A stretch of DNA of 64,000 bases from Geosiphon pyriformis uo1 (GCA_016748015.1 JAAOMT010000429.1:124001-188000); one strand, 5' to 3'; counted from the stretch's first letter, positions 12,739 through 25,341 are shown. Made by a program: numbers and translations. The notes: a model not told the origin generated them from the letters alone.

Positions 12739-13665
12739 TGTTACAGGTAAGTCTTTGGGGTGTCAAGTAAGTAACAAACCTGTAACTTGGTATGCAAAGT
12801 GATTGGTGACAATGATAATTTGAAGGTATTTTATCTGAAGGTTTTCCAATCGAGTTTTTTGTATAATAGACAGAGATTCAATGGTAACAGTTTATCAGTA
12901 GTTTCCTGAAACCATAGTTTCATTGATTGTTTGCTCAGTTTGATGGTTGATAATTCTCCTGGTATGATATCCTCTGTAAGTGTATATCAGTGCTGTTTTC
13001 TGATGTTAGTTCCTCTGTAAGTCCTCCAAGAGTAAGTATTGTTTAAGCAAGTTTATTCCTCCATAAGTCCTCCAAGAGTAAGTATTTTTTAAGTAAGTTT
13101 TATTCCTCTGTAAGTTCTCCAAGAGTAAATCCTTTAATCAAGTTAGTAGACAACAAAGAAAATAAAGAAAGATAAAAGAAAAAATAAGAAATAAGCCAAG
13201 GCAATTTGCAAGTTAGTATTCCGTCAATAGCCGTGATCAAGAGCTATTGTTTCTGTATGGTTAAGTATTAATTATTATCAACATAAAGTGTTGATAGTGA
13301 AGAATGAATTTGATATAGTGAATAATTATTTATTTAAGGATTGTGATAATTCAGCTAAGAATTTCTAGTGTCAATTCTGTCTTTTCTGCTTTTAATGCTA
13401 CTGTTATATATACATATTTGAGATTCCTTAATTCCTCAATTTCTTGCAACAGGAATCCTAGAATTTCTGGAATTCTGCAATTCCTGATGAGAGGAATCCT
13501 GGAATTCTGGAATTCTGCAATTTCTTGTCAGAGAATCCTAAAATTCCTGGAATCCTGCAATTCCTCTGAGAGGAATTTTGGAATTCCATATTTACCACAT
13601 CTATATCTGATTGGCTAATTTCTACTGACTAATAATACTATATTTCTTATATTCTATGAGTAACA
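12739..13665 (-). repeat. 3' LTR of B
   Basis: Direct repeat of 25361-26287. Confidence 0.95.
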
Positions 13666-13678
13666 TTATTCTCTCCTT

Positions 13679-14338
13679 TTAATATTGAGCTTTGTCAAAA
13701 TCTAATTCCTTTAATTCCTCTTCTTGAATTATTTCTTGAACTTCTTTTTCGAGTATTACTTGTGTTATTTTAGTTTGTAGTTCTTCAAATTGGGCATTGA
13801 TCATTTTTTCCAATTGATTACTTGTAATTATATCCATTGCTGTATTGAGTAAGATTTCTGGTCAGTCTTGAAATCTCATATATAGCTGGTAAATAGCTTG
13901 AGCTTGTGTAGTTAGATTGTTTTTTCCCACAAATTGTTCCAGTTGTCTCAGTATTGTTGTGTCAAATAACCATTTTGTTTTGTCAGTGTACAAATTCTGG
14001 ATATTTACATGTTGTCTTAAGTGGAAATGACAATAGTTTTTCGGAAATTGTTGCATCCACCAAGTCCAAGTTTCTCTGGTAAGTTCTTGGTATAATCCGA
14101 CTATTGGTTGTTCTTTTATGACCAATTTTATCTTGGTCATGATCTTGTCAACAACATTTCCAAGTCTTTTCTGTGCTTTGTTTTGTGGTATTTTTGCCGT
14201 ATTTTTGTAACAAATGGTTTGTTGATTGATTGTAATTTTCATCTCCTGGTGTTAGATTAATTGAAAAATTTGTTGGGCTAGTGAATAGATATTGTCCATA
14301 ATTTCTATTTTTCTGATCTCTTCTGTCACGTCAACTAT
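13679..14338 (-). pseudogene. B ORF3, unknown accessory protein
   Basis: Includes ORF 13862-14242; homologous to D 33434-34091; ends ...AQY* immediately at the PPT. Confidence 0.7.
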
Positions 14339-14361
14339 GTTCTTATATATTCTTTTGTCGA

Positions 14362-15744
14362 TCAATTGGATGTGTTGTTGTCAATGATAATGATTGGTTT
14401 CAGATCTCGTGGAATCTCATCTGGTTGGATTAGTATTTTCTGTATTCCTAATTGTGGAATATTACTGGTGGATGATGATGCTATATGGTGATATGGTTTC
14501 AATCAATCTCCATGTGCTGCTTTGGTCAAAATTTTGTTATTTAATCTTAATTTGTAAGCTCCATTTCTTAGAATTTCTTCTATGTAAAATGGTCCGTCCC
14601 ATTTGGGATCAAATTTTCTATTCTATTGTTTTTCCGCTTTGGTATGATATAGTAATACTTTGTCTCCAATCTTGAATTCAACTGGTTTATCTGATAGTTG
14701 GTTATTATGTTTTTCTTTTTGTTTCTCTTGTGATTTTTGTATGTTATCAGCTGATCTTTGTTATTTGTTTTCTAATGTTTCCATTAAGTCATATGTTCTT
14801 CTCAACAATGTGTTTTTGAAATTCTTTTTTGTTATTGGTTCAGTTGAGTATGTGCTGACTTCTATTTCCACTGGTAGTGTTGCTGTTCTATCATATACTA
14901 ATTCAAATGGTGTTGCTTGTGTAGTATCTTGCTTTATTGTCTAATAAGCAAATAGTACTGATAATATCAACAAATCTCAATCATTCTGGTTTTCTTGGCT
15001 GAGCTTAGCTATTGCTTCACACAATGTTCTGTTGAATCTTTTGACTAATCTGTTGGTTTGTGAATGGTATAGTAATAATAGTGGTCTCTTAATTCCGAAT
15101 CTTTGGCTCAATTCTGTTAATATTCTGTTCACAAAATGAGTTCCTTGGTCTGATAATAATTCCTTTGGACATCTGTGTTGACAAATTAAATCTTGATAAA
15201 TGAATTTGGCAACAGATTCTGCATCCACTCTTTGAATTGCTTTTGCCTCTGGCCATTTAGTGAAATAGTCCATGGCTACTGCTATGTACCTGTTTCCTCC
15301 ATTGGTGATTGTTAATGGTCCGACTAAATCAATTCCAATATGGTCAAATGGTTGTCCCACTTTGATTGGTTTTAATGGTTCACTGAGTTTTGTTCTACCT
15401 CTTCTTTGACAAGCATCACAATTTTGAACATATTGGATAATATCTGAATACATTGATGACCAATAGTATCTTTTTTTGGTTCTTTCCATGGTTGCTTCTT
15501 TGTGAAAGTGTCCTGCTGTTGGATTTGAATGCATGTTGAATAATATTGTCTCTTTTTCTGGCTCTGTAATTACTCTGGTTGGTTGCTTCAGATCTCTTCT
15601 ATTTTTCTAATAAAGTATATTTTGGTGAGTGATAAAATATTTTGATTGTTGTTTGATACTCTTTTGTTCCATTTGAGATAAATTCTTCTTGAACTGTTGA
15701 GTGTTTATATAATATTGCAGTTGTTGATATCTTTGTATGTTTAT
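14362..15744 (-). pseudogene. B integrase (separate ORF; start decayed ATG>ATA)
   Basis: ORF 14977-15534: HSNPTAGH...CDAC, GIDLVGPL, LLSDQGTHF, LVKRFN; GPF-type C-terminus. Confidence 0.9.
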
Positions 15745-15806
15745 CTTTTGTTATATTTTTTGTTGGCATTGTTCTGGTTTTGTTATATTTTTGGGTTGAA
15801 ATGTTC

Positions 15807-17819
15807 TTATATTTGTTTCATTTGCAACAAACTGTTAGTATTTCTGTTGTCTTTTTCTTTTTTATAATGTATAGTATAATTATATAATATGAGTGCCATT
15901 TTCCATCTTAACTGTCTTCCATCTCCAAATTCTTGTTTTTGAAGTGATGTTAATTCTTTGTGATTTGTGTATACTTCAAACTTTTGGCTCAAGTATTTTT
16001 TCCATTTTATGACTGCTCAGTATATTGCTAAGTGTTCTTGTTCCAGTGTTCTATAGTTCTTTTTGGCTGGTGTTAAACCTCTGCTGGCATATGCTACTGG
16101 ATGTTCTCTGTTATCTGGTCCTCTTTGAGATAGTACTGCTCCTAATGCTTGGCTAGATGTATTGGTAGTAATGATGAATGGTTTGCTGTGATCTGGATAG
16201 ATCAGTACTGGAGCTTGAATGAGCTTTCTTTTCAGAATATCAAAAGCTTCTTGTTGACTTTCTGTCCATTTATATTTTGTATTTTTGGTTTGCAGTTGGT
16301 TGAGTGGCTGCGCTATCTTGGAAAAATTCTTGATAAAATGTCAATAGTAGCTGGCAAATCCCAAAAATGATTTCAGTTCTGTCATATTGGTTGGCACTAG
16401 AAAGTTCTTTACTATCTCTATTTTCTCTGGATCTGTTTTGATGCCATCTTTACTGACTATGTGTCCCAAGAATTTTAGTTCTGTCTTGCTAAAAAAACAC
16501 TTTGTTGCATTTAACTTTAGTCCTGCTTTTCTTAGTCTTTCGAACACTTGTTGAAGATGATGAAGATAATTATCAAATGTTTTTGAGAATACATTGGTGT
16601 CATCCAAGTATACAACTACTGATTTCCACAATAAGCCAGTATAAACAATTTCTATTAGCCATTGGAAAGTGGCTGGTGCATTGGTTAAGCCAAATGGTAT
16701 TACTTTAAATTCAAAATTCTCTTCTCTGGTAGTGAATGCTGTCTTTTCTTTGTTGGCTGGATCCATAGCTACTTGCCAGTAACCACTGTCCAAGTCTAAT
16801 GTTGAAAACCATTTATTTCTACCAAAAGCGTCGAATAATTCTTGGATCTGTGGAGTGGGGTAGCTATCTCCACAAGTTACTCCATTGAGTTTTCTATAAT
16901 CCACACAAAAGTAGATTTTTCCATTCTTTTTCCAGACAAGTACCATGGATAATAACCATGAGCTCATTGATGGCTGAATTAGCCCATTATCAAGCATTCG
17001 GTTTATTTCTTGACAGATAATCTCGTGGCTAGCTGGTGGTACTTTGTATGCTCTTTGTTTAATTGACATTGCATCTCCAGTCTTAATCTGATGTTGGATA
17101 ATGTCAGTTTGGCCAAACTCGTTTTTGCTGGCAAAGATGTTGTTGAAATTGTTAAGCAACATTTTAAGTTGCATACATTGGAGTGAATCTAAGTTTCTCA
17201 TGTTTATTTGTTCCAATTGTTCTGGTTGGAGCAAATAACATTTGCTTCATCTGTATATCGTTTATGATGTGATATCAACATATCCACAAAGCTGTGGAAA
17301 GTCTGGAATGGTGCTTGGTAGTTGATCCTCTATTTCAGTGCTTAAGTATCTAATGGTGGTTCTGACTGGTATTACTATGACATTTCCTGTATTATTGTAG
17401 ATTGGAATTTTAATGTGGCTGTAATCTTTGGCTGGTATATGGAGATTAATAAGTCCAATCTCTTCTGATTTACAGAGAGTTGGTTCTGCTTCAAAAATCT
17501 GATTCTGTTCTTTTATTTCCCGCTTTATCCCTATCATGTACTGGCCATATGGCGGAATGGAAATTGTTTGACCCATTGAGATAATTTCCCCTTGGTCAAC
17601 AATTTTTTCTTCTGCCATATTGACTGGTACATCTACTCTATCTGTCAATCCAAATCCCTGTATTCCTCTTGCTGTTATTCCTAATTCCCCCTTCTTTTCT
17701 ACTTTGTCAAGCAACTGTTTGCTACAAGTGAAACATAGTTTGTTGTCCCACTTGCCCTGTCTTTTTGGATAGCCATACTGTTCATGGTGGCAAGACTTGC
17801 AATAATAGTGAGTTCACAT
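15807..17819 (-). pseudogene. B pol: partial Cys-rich domain fused to dUTPase motif 5, then RT and RNase H
   Basis: ORF 16341-17234 with FCVDYRKLN, LDLDSGYWQ, PFGLTNAPATF and VVYLDD; ORF 17262-17714 with RGIQGFG; RNase H ends MKQI*. Confidence 0.92.
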
Positions 17820-20800
17820 TGTTACTCATAAAATATAGGAAGTATATTAACATATAAATTAACCAATCAGAAGAAGACATAGTAAATGTAGAATTCCAGG
17901 ATTCCTCTCAGAGGAATTGCAGGATTCCAAGAATTTCAGGATTCTTATATAAAGAATTGCAGGATTCCAGAAATTCCAGGATTCCTGGTGTGAAGAATTG
18001 AGGAATTGAGAAATCTCAATTATGTATATATAGTAGTAGTATCAAAAGCTAGAAAATTAGTCAAATAGACTCCCAAAGTTAATTAGACTCAAAGTTAAGA
18101 AGACTAAGAATCAGTAGGACTCTTAAAATCAAATTAGATTTGCAGGTTATAATTATTAAATACCCTTCCTTCAAAAGATAGAATACTATAACTTGAAGTG
18201 AAATCACTTCTATATTAATGAAATTATCTATTATCTTCAAATCCATGTTATTATTCACTACTTAATTTGCTGGCACAATAGTTCTTAATCACAGCTATTG
18301 ACAGGACACTTATTTCTTATTTTATTTTCTTATTTTTTTATTTTCTTTTATTTTCTTTATTTTATTTTCTTTTCTTTTGTTGTTCACTAAATTGATTAAA
18401 AGAATTAAGTGCTGAGTTATTGATGTCACAAATAGCCTGGTAAAAGACCCAAAAATAAGAGTAGAATTATATATTATCAGATAGCTTACCAGAAGGGCAC
18501 AACTGCCAGAATAAATCTGGCCACCAAGCTAAGAAAAAAATTGGGAAAACAACTTGAGAATACAACCACTATCAACCTTATTGAATCTCTGTCCATTATA
18601 CAAAGAACTCAATTGGAAAATCTTCAGATAAAATACCTTCAAATTATCATTGTTACTAATTGCCTTAAGCACCAAGTTATGGATTTGTTATTCACTCAAC
18701 ATCCCAAAGAATCACCTGTAACATTTGGTGCTTCCTGTGAGGTATAATCCAACAGAAAACCAGTACCAACAACAACTATGCAAAAAAGTGGCAGACCAAA
18801 AGAAAACAAGAGAAAATCATTTAGGATTCGCAAAATCTTTATTTTACCATTACCTTTGAAAACCTCGTTAAATTAAAACTCCAATTATTCAAGACCCAAT
18901 CATTAAAACCCCGAACATTCAAAAATTATTATTAATAAACTTGTTAAAACTCTGATTATTCAAAACCTGATCATTAAAACCCTGAACATTTGAAACTCAT
19001 CTTTGATAAAAAAAATCATTAAATTCAAACTCTGATTATTCAAAACTCGATCATTAAAACCCTGAACATTTGAAAATTATTTTTGATAAATTCATTAAAA
19101 ACTTGTTAAATTAAAACTCTGATTATTCAAGACCCAATTGTTAAAATCCTGAACATTTGAAAATTATCATTGATAAATTCATTAAAAACTCATTAAATTA
19201 AAACTCCATTTATTTAAAATCTGATCATTAAAACCCCAAACATTCAAAACTTACCTTTGATAAATTCGTTAAAAACTCATTAAATTAAAACTCTGATTAT
19301 TCAAAACCTGATCATTAAAACCCCAAACATTCGAAAATTACCATTGATAAATTCATTAAAAACTTGTTAAAAACTTGTTAAATTAAAACTCCAATTGTTA
19401 AAACCCCGAACATTTGAAACTTACCTTTAATAAATTCATTAAAACTTGTTAAAACTTCAATTATTCAAGACCTGATCATTCAAAAACCCAAATATTTGAA
19501 ACCTGATAATTCTAACCCTGCTATTGTACAAAGAAACTTACTGTTGATAAAACTTGTTAAACCTCTAGCAATTCAAACTCCGGGAATTATCCAAAAACCC
19601 GAACATTTAAAGTCTGATAAATTCCAAACCCTGCTATCATACAAGGAAATTTATCTCCGATAGCCCAATAAAACCTAATTCGCATAGTACCAATAAATCA
19701 GCAAAACTTACCTGACAATTCTGAGTCAGAGTATTGGGATGTAGTCACAATCCATTCCCATGTGTCATATATTCAAAGAAGAGCCAATCAGCAAGAACAA
19801 ATGGGAATCAGAATCAGAACTTAATCCTAATTCAAACTCTGTTGATGACAGCAACAATTCAAACTTCACTAATAACAGCAATGATTTAAATTCTGCTAAT
19901 GACAGCAATGATTTAAACTCCACTAATGACAACAATGATTTAAACTTCACTAATGACAACAATAATTCAAACTCCACTAAATGACAAATGACAATTTAAA
20001 TTCTGCCAACAACAATTCAAACTCCACTTCAAACACCGAACAATATATTATGCTTCTAGATCTTACAATGGAGCAGGAATTAACTCAATTCAGTAATAAT
20101 AATGAGGGCATTATGTCTGAAAATGCACATAATACAGATGCAAAATTTGAAATTGATATTCTGGACAAACTACTATAGTTAAAAACTCCAGTTACATATA
20201 AAATTAGATTTAAAAAAAAAAATAACAATAGAAATTACAGCAACAACATTAATACAAAAGAGAAATTTAGAAGATTTTACAGAAGCTCAATATTAAAAAA
20301 GGGAATAATGTTACTCATAGAATATAGGAAGTATATTAACATATAAATTAGCCAATCAGAAGGAGACATAGTAAATGTGAAATTTCAGGATTTCTCTCAG
20401 AAGAATTGCAGGATTCCAGGAATTTCAGGATTCTTGTATGAAAAATTGCAGGATTTCAGGAATTCCAGAATTTCTGGTGTAAAAGATTAAGAAATTGAGG
20501 AATCTCAATTATGTATATATAGCAGTAGTATCAGAAGCTAGAAAATTAGTCAAATAGACTCCCAAAGTCAATTAGACTCAAAGTTAAGAAGACTGAGAGT
20601 CAGTAGGACTCTTAAAGTCAAATTAGATTTGCAGGTCATAATTATTAAATACTCTTTTTTCAAAAAATAGAATACTATAACTTGAAGTGAAATTGCTCTC
20701 ATATTAATAAAATTATCCATTATTTTCAAATCCATGTTATTATCTACTACTTAACCTGTTGGCACAATAGCTTTTGATTACAGCTATTGACAGGACACTT

Positions 20801-21213
20801 ATTTTTTATTTTATTTTTTTATTTTTTTATTTTCTTTTATTTTCTTTATTTTATTTTCTTTTCTTTTGTTGTTCACTAAATTGATTAAAAGAATTAAGCG
20901 CTGAGTTATTGATGTCACAGATAGTCTGGTAAAAGATCCAAAAATAAGGGTAGAATTATATATTATCGGATAGCTTACTAGAAGGACACAACTGCCAGAA
21001 TAAATCCGGCCACCAAGCTGAGAAAAAAATTGGGAAAACAACTTGAGAATACAACCACTATCAACCTTATTGAATCTCTGTCCATTATACAAAGAACTCA
21101 ACCAAAACCTTCAGATAACAATATCTTCAGATATTACAACAATATTATATTAATTGAGCACCAAGTTATGGGTTTGTTATTTGATTTAAGACCCCAAATA
21201 ATCATCTGTAACA
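17820..21213 (+). mobile_element. Element F: non-autonomous family-1 LTR element (LARD/TRIM-like)
   Basis: LTRs 17820-18723 and 20309-21213; PBS 18726-18742; PPT ~20294-20305; TSD acat/gcat. The host frame re-joins as HWM(R)THYYCK. The 1.6-kb interior lacks PR, RT and IN. Confidence 0.9.
18862..19700 (+). repeat. Tandem array inside F, ~9 copies of a 70-110 bp unit (three consecutive 87-bp periods)
   Basis: The motif attattcaa-acctgatcattaaaaccccgaacattc recurs at ~18913, 18984, 19064, 19151, 19238, 19325, 19408, 19490 and 19601. Confidence 0.85.
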
Positions 21214-21217
21214 GCAT

Positions 21218-24200
21218 CCAGTGATTTTTGTCTGGTGCGACCCAAGCTTCCATGGAAGAGAGTTTTTTTCCACAATCTTTGCATTTGAGTGGTATGTGTG
21301 GTGGTTGTGGCAGTGGCTCATGAACAGAGTACAAACTTGTCCAACCACTAGTGGTGTCTTTTGTTGATTCAGTTTTCTCTGGTAGATTGTCTTCTCTTTC
21401 CTTTCTCTTTCTTTTTTCTTCCAAACTTAGTGTAGGTAGCAATTTATTTTGGTTGTCATCAATCCAAGTGCCAATGGTGGTTTCCCAAGTATGTTTTTCT
21501 TTCTGCTTTCCTTTTCCATGATTATCTTCATCTCAGACAAGTATGGGCAGCAGTTTATTGTGGTCAATGTCAGCTCACAAAACCTGATATGCTTCCCATG
21601 TTGGTTTCTTTGTTTTCTCCTTAAGTTCAATTAGTGGTTGCAAGTTGGTTGGTTTAAAGTGACTGCATATTGCTGGTGCTCAAATATGTTGACTGTTTTG
21701 GCTCAGTTGGAGCTCTTGCATTGTCCAATCAAGTACGGTATTTGTTTTGGATAGCCAATTATTTCCAACAAAAGCTTGGTACTGAGTGGTTTTTATTACA
21801 AAGACTTTGATGAGTACCGTGATGCCATTAATTTTGATAGATAGATTGTCTATTTCGCTTATTGGAGTTTTAATCACTCTATCAGCTGTGATGATCCTTG
21901 CACTGGCAGTTCAGTCAAACTTGGCAACCTAATTGATCCATGAGTTGTCTTGTTATGATGCTGCCAGCCAATCCACTATCCAAGATCAGTTTGATGGCGT
22001 GGTCATCGATTTTGGCATCTGTATACATAGTGGTAATTGGCTTCTCTTCTAAAGCTGCTTCACTGAATAACGGAACTTTGATCATTTTTTCCAAGTCAAA
22101 AAGAAAGATAGCCATAAGTAATTCATCATTGGTAACAGTTGCTGATAGAATGTTGTTGGTAAGTGCTTGTTGTTGGTTGGATCCCAAATTGTTGGTGGTG
22201 GTGTCTTCTGGGATAACCAGTAAACTTAAATAGTTTTGGGAATTCGGGTTTTGGGTGGCACTAGTACCCAAATTCTGTAAACACAATCCTGATAGTAAGT
22301 TGGAAGAACTGAGGATTGGTTGGTGAACAACCATTGCCGATCTCTAGTTTTGTGTGATTCTAGGTCTGGAATGGCCTAATGTTGTATTAACTGAATTTTG
22401 GGGCGGTGTCTGAATTGATTGGAGTTGATAAATTACTTGTGACTGTGGTTGATATATTACATGTGGCTGTGGTTGATATATTGCTGGTGGCTATGGTTAA
22501 TAAACTGAAGTCTAATATACTAGTACTTGGTAAATTGGCTGCTGCATTGTTATTCATAAAAATATAGGAAATATATTAGCATAATTATTAGCCAATCAGA
22601 AGTAGGCGTAGTAAATGTGGAATTCCAGGATTCCTCTCAGGAATTACAAGATTCCAGAAATTTCAGGATTCCCTGATGAGAAATTGCAAGATTCCAGAAT
22701 TTCAGGATTCCTCTTAAAGGAATTGCAAGATTCCAGAAATTCCAGGATTCCTGTCATGAAAAATTGAGGAATTGAGAAATCTCAATTATGTATATATAGC
22801 AGCAAGATTAGAAGCTGAAAAAAACGACTCAGTTTAGATTTAATCTAAACAACCTTCCAGTTCCCAATTATCAAATAAATAATTATTTTATATATTAACC
22901 CACTCTTTACTATTAACACTTCATGTTGATAGTAATTGATACTTAACCATGCTGAAACAATAGCTTTTGATCACGGCTATTGACAGGATACTAATTTACC
23001 AAATTGCCTTGGCTTATCTTCAGCCTCATTATTTTCTTTATTTTATTTCTTTCTTTCTTTGATTTTGTTGTACCTACTAATTAATTGAGGATTAAAAGTG
23101 CTGAGTTATTAACGTCACGGATAGCCTGGTAAAAGACCCAGAAATAAGGATAGATTTATATATATTATCAGTTAGCTTACCAGAAAGGCACAACTGCCAG
23201 AATAAATTTGGCCACCAAGCTGAGAAAAAAATTGGGAAACAACTGACAACAAACAACAAATTGCCACATAATTGAATCTCTGTTCATTATACAAAGAACT
23301 TCATCAAAACCTTTAGATACAACACTTTTAGAATATTATTGACATAAATAGCTTTTGAGCACCAAGTTACAGGTTTGTTATTGATTCAAAACCCCAGCAA
23401 ATTCAATTGTAACAGTGTCATTGGCAGGTAAGTGTTTTAATATTGTTTCTGATTTTGTTGATATCTCGGAGTTTGAAATTGGCAATTGGGATTTCTATAT
23501 TGATTTTCTGATTGCTGATGGTTATAAGCATTGCAGTTTGCTCTGATGTGCCCTTGTTTACCACAGGTGTGGCAGACATGTGTCTCTTGCTGCCACTGCT
23601 GATTGGCCAATGTTGAGGGATGCACTTGATTTTGGAAATGATTGTAGTTTTTTGAATTGCTGCATCATTGAGGTGGTTGATAAATTGCACAATTGTCAGC
23701 TAAGTATCCTTCTAATTTCTGATTAATTGAATCACTGAATTGTTTCAATTTGGAGTCTAATTCAGATGGTCCATTCATTACTAGATTAACAGCTTGGGCA
23801 TGGTTGGCCTTGGACTTAGCTGATTCGAAATCTCTGACACATGTGACTGTATCTTGAAGTGTGCCTGGATGCAATGGACATACATGTTGCAAGATGCTAC
23901 TGTACAGACCATGGATAAACTGGTTGAGGATCTGTGGTGCTGTAAAATAGTTGACGTCAATTGCCTGGATCTGGCACAGATTTCTATGGAAGCATCCCAG
24001 GTAAGTGGTAACTGCTTTAGTTTCTCCTTGCTTCATGGTGGTGAATGTATTGACTAGGCAGTTGATACTGTTATTGTTGCTGAAGTATCTTAAAAATTCC
24101 ACTTTAAAGACATTGAAGTCTTGTGGTTTATTGATCAAGCTCTAATACTATGAATCGGCAGTATCTTTGAGAAAATAGGAAATGGATTGCATTGCTTGGG

Positions 24201-25298
24201 CATTATTCCATCCATTGGCTGTGATGGCTTTTTCCACATTATTCAGCCATACTTGAGCATCGTCCTCTTCACTGGTAAAATATCCAGTTTTGCGATTGGT
24301 GTGTAGGCTATTGGATCTAAGTTGAGTGGTTGTGGTGGCTGTTAAAATGGTTGTTGATTTTGTTGAGGTGACAGTTGAAGTGGCTGCTATATGGGTTTGG
24401 CTATTAGATTAATTAGTGGTTGATTGATAATGATTACTAGAGGTAAGTTTGGTTGATTAATTAGATCAGGGTTTTGATTATTTTGAGTTGGCAGTGTCTA
24501 AATATTCGGAGTTTCAACTTCCAAATTTACTGAATTTAAATTTTGCTGGTTCCGAAGATTCAGGGTTTTAAATTTTGGGTTTTCAATAATCAGATTCTGA
24601 TAAGTGAATTCTTGATCCTCAGTTTTTTCTTTTTTCTTTTCTCCTGATTCTATTACCTCCCATGGATCAGAGATTCCAAAATCTGGTGGAGGTGGCAGTG
24701 ATCAAATTCCTGATGGCATTGGTGATTGCAATTTAAATCCTTCAAAATATTCTCTGTATGGTCCTAATAACTCTGCTTTTCTTTGTTTACTTTGGAATGT
24801 GAATCATCTAAATGTTGATATCACATGTGTTGTGGACGCGTCTGCAGATAAAATATTGATAGTGCTTTTGGATGTGTAATAATATAATGGATATGGTAGG
24901 GATTCAATTTTTTGTTTCTTCCAGGTTGGTAGTTGTATCTCTTTAGGTGTTACTGCTGGTGTTTGTAACCTTCTTTTACCTCTGTCTGTGTAAGTAATAA
25001 GAAATTGTTGTTGTATGTATTTTTCAATGGTTTGATTAATTTTTCTAATTATTGGTGTGAAACTATAGTTTCTTGGTAAGTTGGTGTGTTGGAATAATTC
25101 TGTGTAAAAGTTTTCTTTTGCTGCTTTAATGTTAACTGTTTGTCCTAAGCATTTAGTGATTTTGTTGTTGACATAGAAGTTGAAGGCTGATTTGGCTGGG
25201 TAATAATTACTGTTTAATCCTAATTGTTGGCTGTATTGTTGAAACAAGAATTTCGCGAATCCTAAATGGTTTGCTCCTATATTTTCTGATTCTGCCAC
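21218..25298 (-). pseudogene. B gag-protease-start of Cys-rich domain (interrupted by H)
   Basis: ORFs 24804-25298, 23665-24138 (capsid), 23437-23625 (zinc knuckle CHTCGKQGHIRANC), 21915-22334 (LILDSG) and 21134-21442 (CKDC). Confidence 0.9.
22548..23414 (+). mobile_element. Solo LTR H (family 1) in B gag
   Basis: tgttattcata...tgtaaca; flanks gcat/gtgt (both derivable from GCGT); no PBS or PPT alongside. Confidence 0.9.
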
Positions 25299-25341
25299 TT
25301 TTGGTTTGTTTTTGTTGGTGCTAGTTCTCTGTAGAATTATA

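Noticed and set aside
13343-13618. Conserved LTR-encoded peptides (13343, 25965, 18541, 21030)
   Set aside because: They use non-ATG starts, are low-complexity, and recur only because LTRs are duplicated.
18862-19700. CRISPR-like repeat array
   Set aside because: Units are degenerate head-to-tail repeats with no unique spacers, no cas genes are present, and the array lies inside an LTR element.
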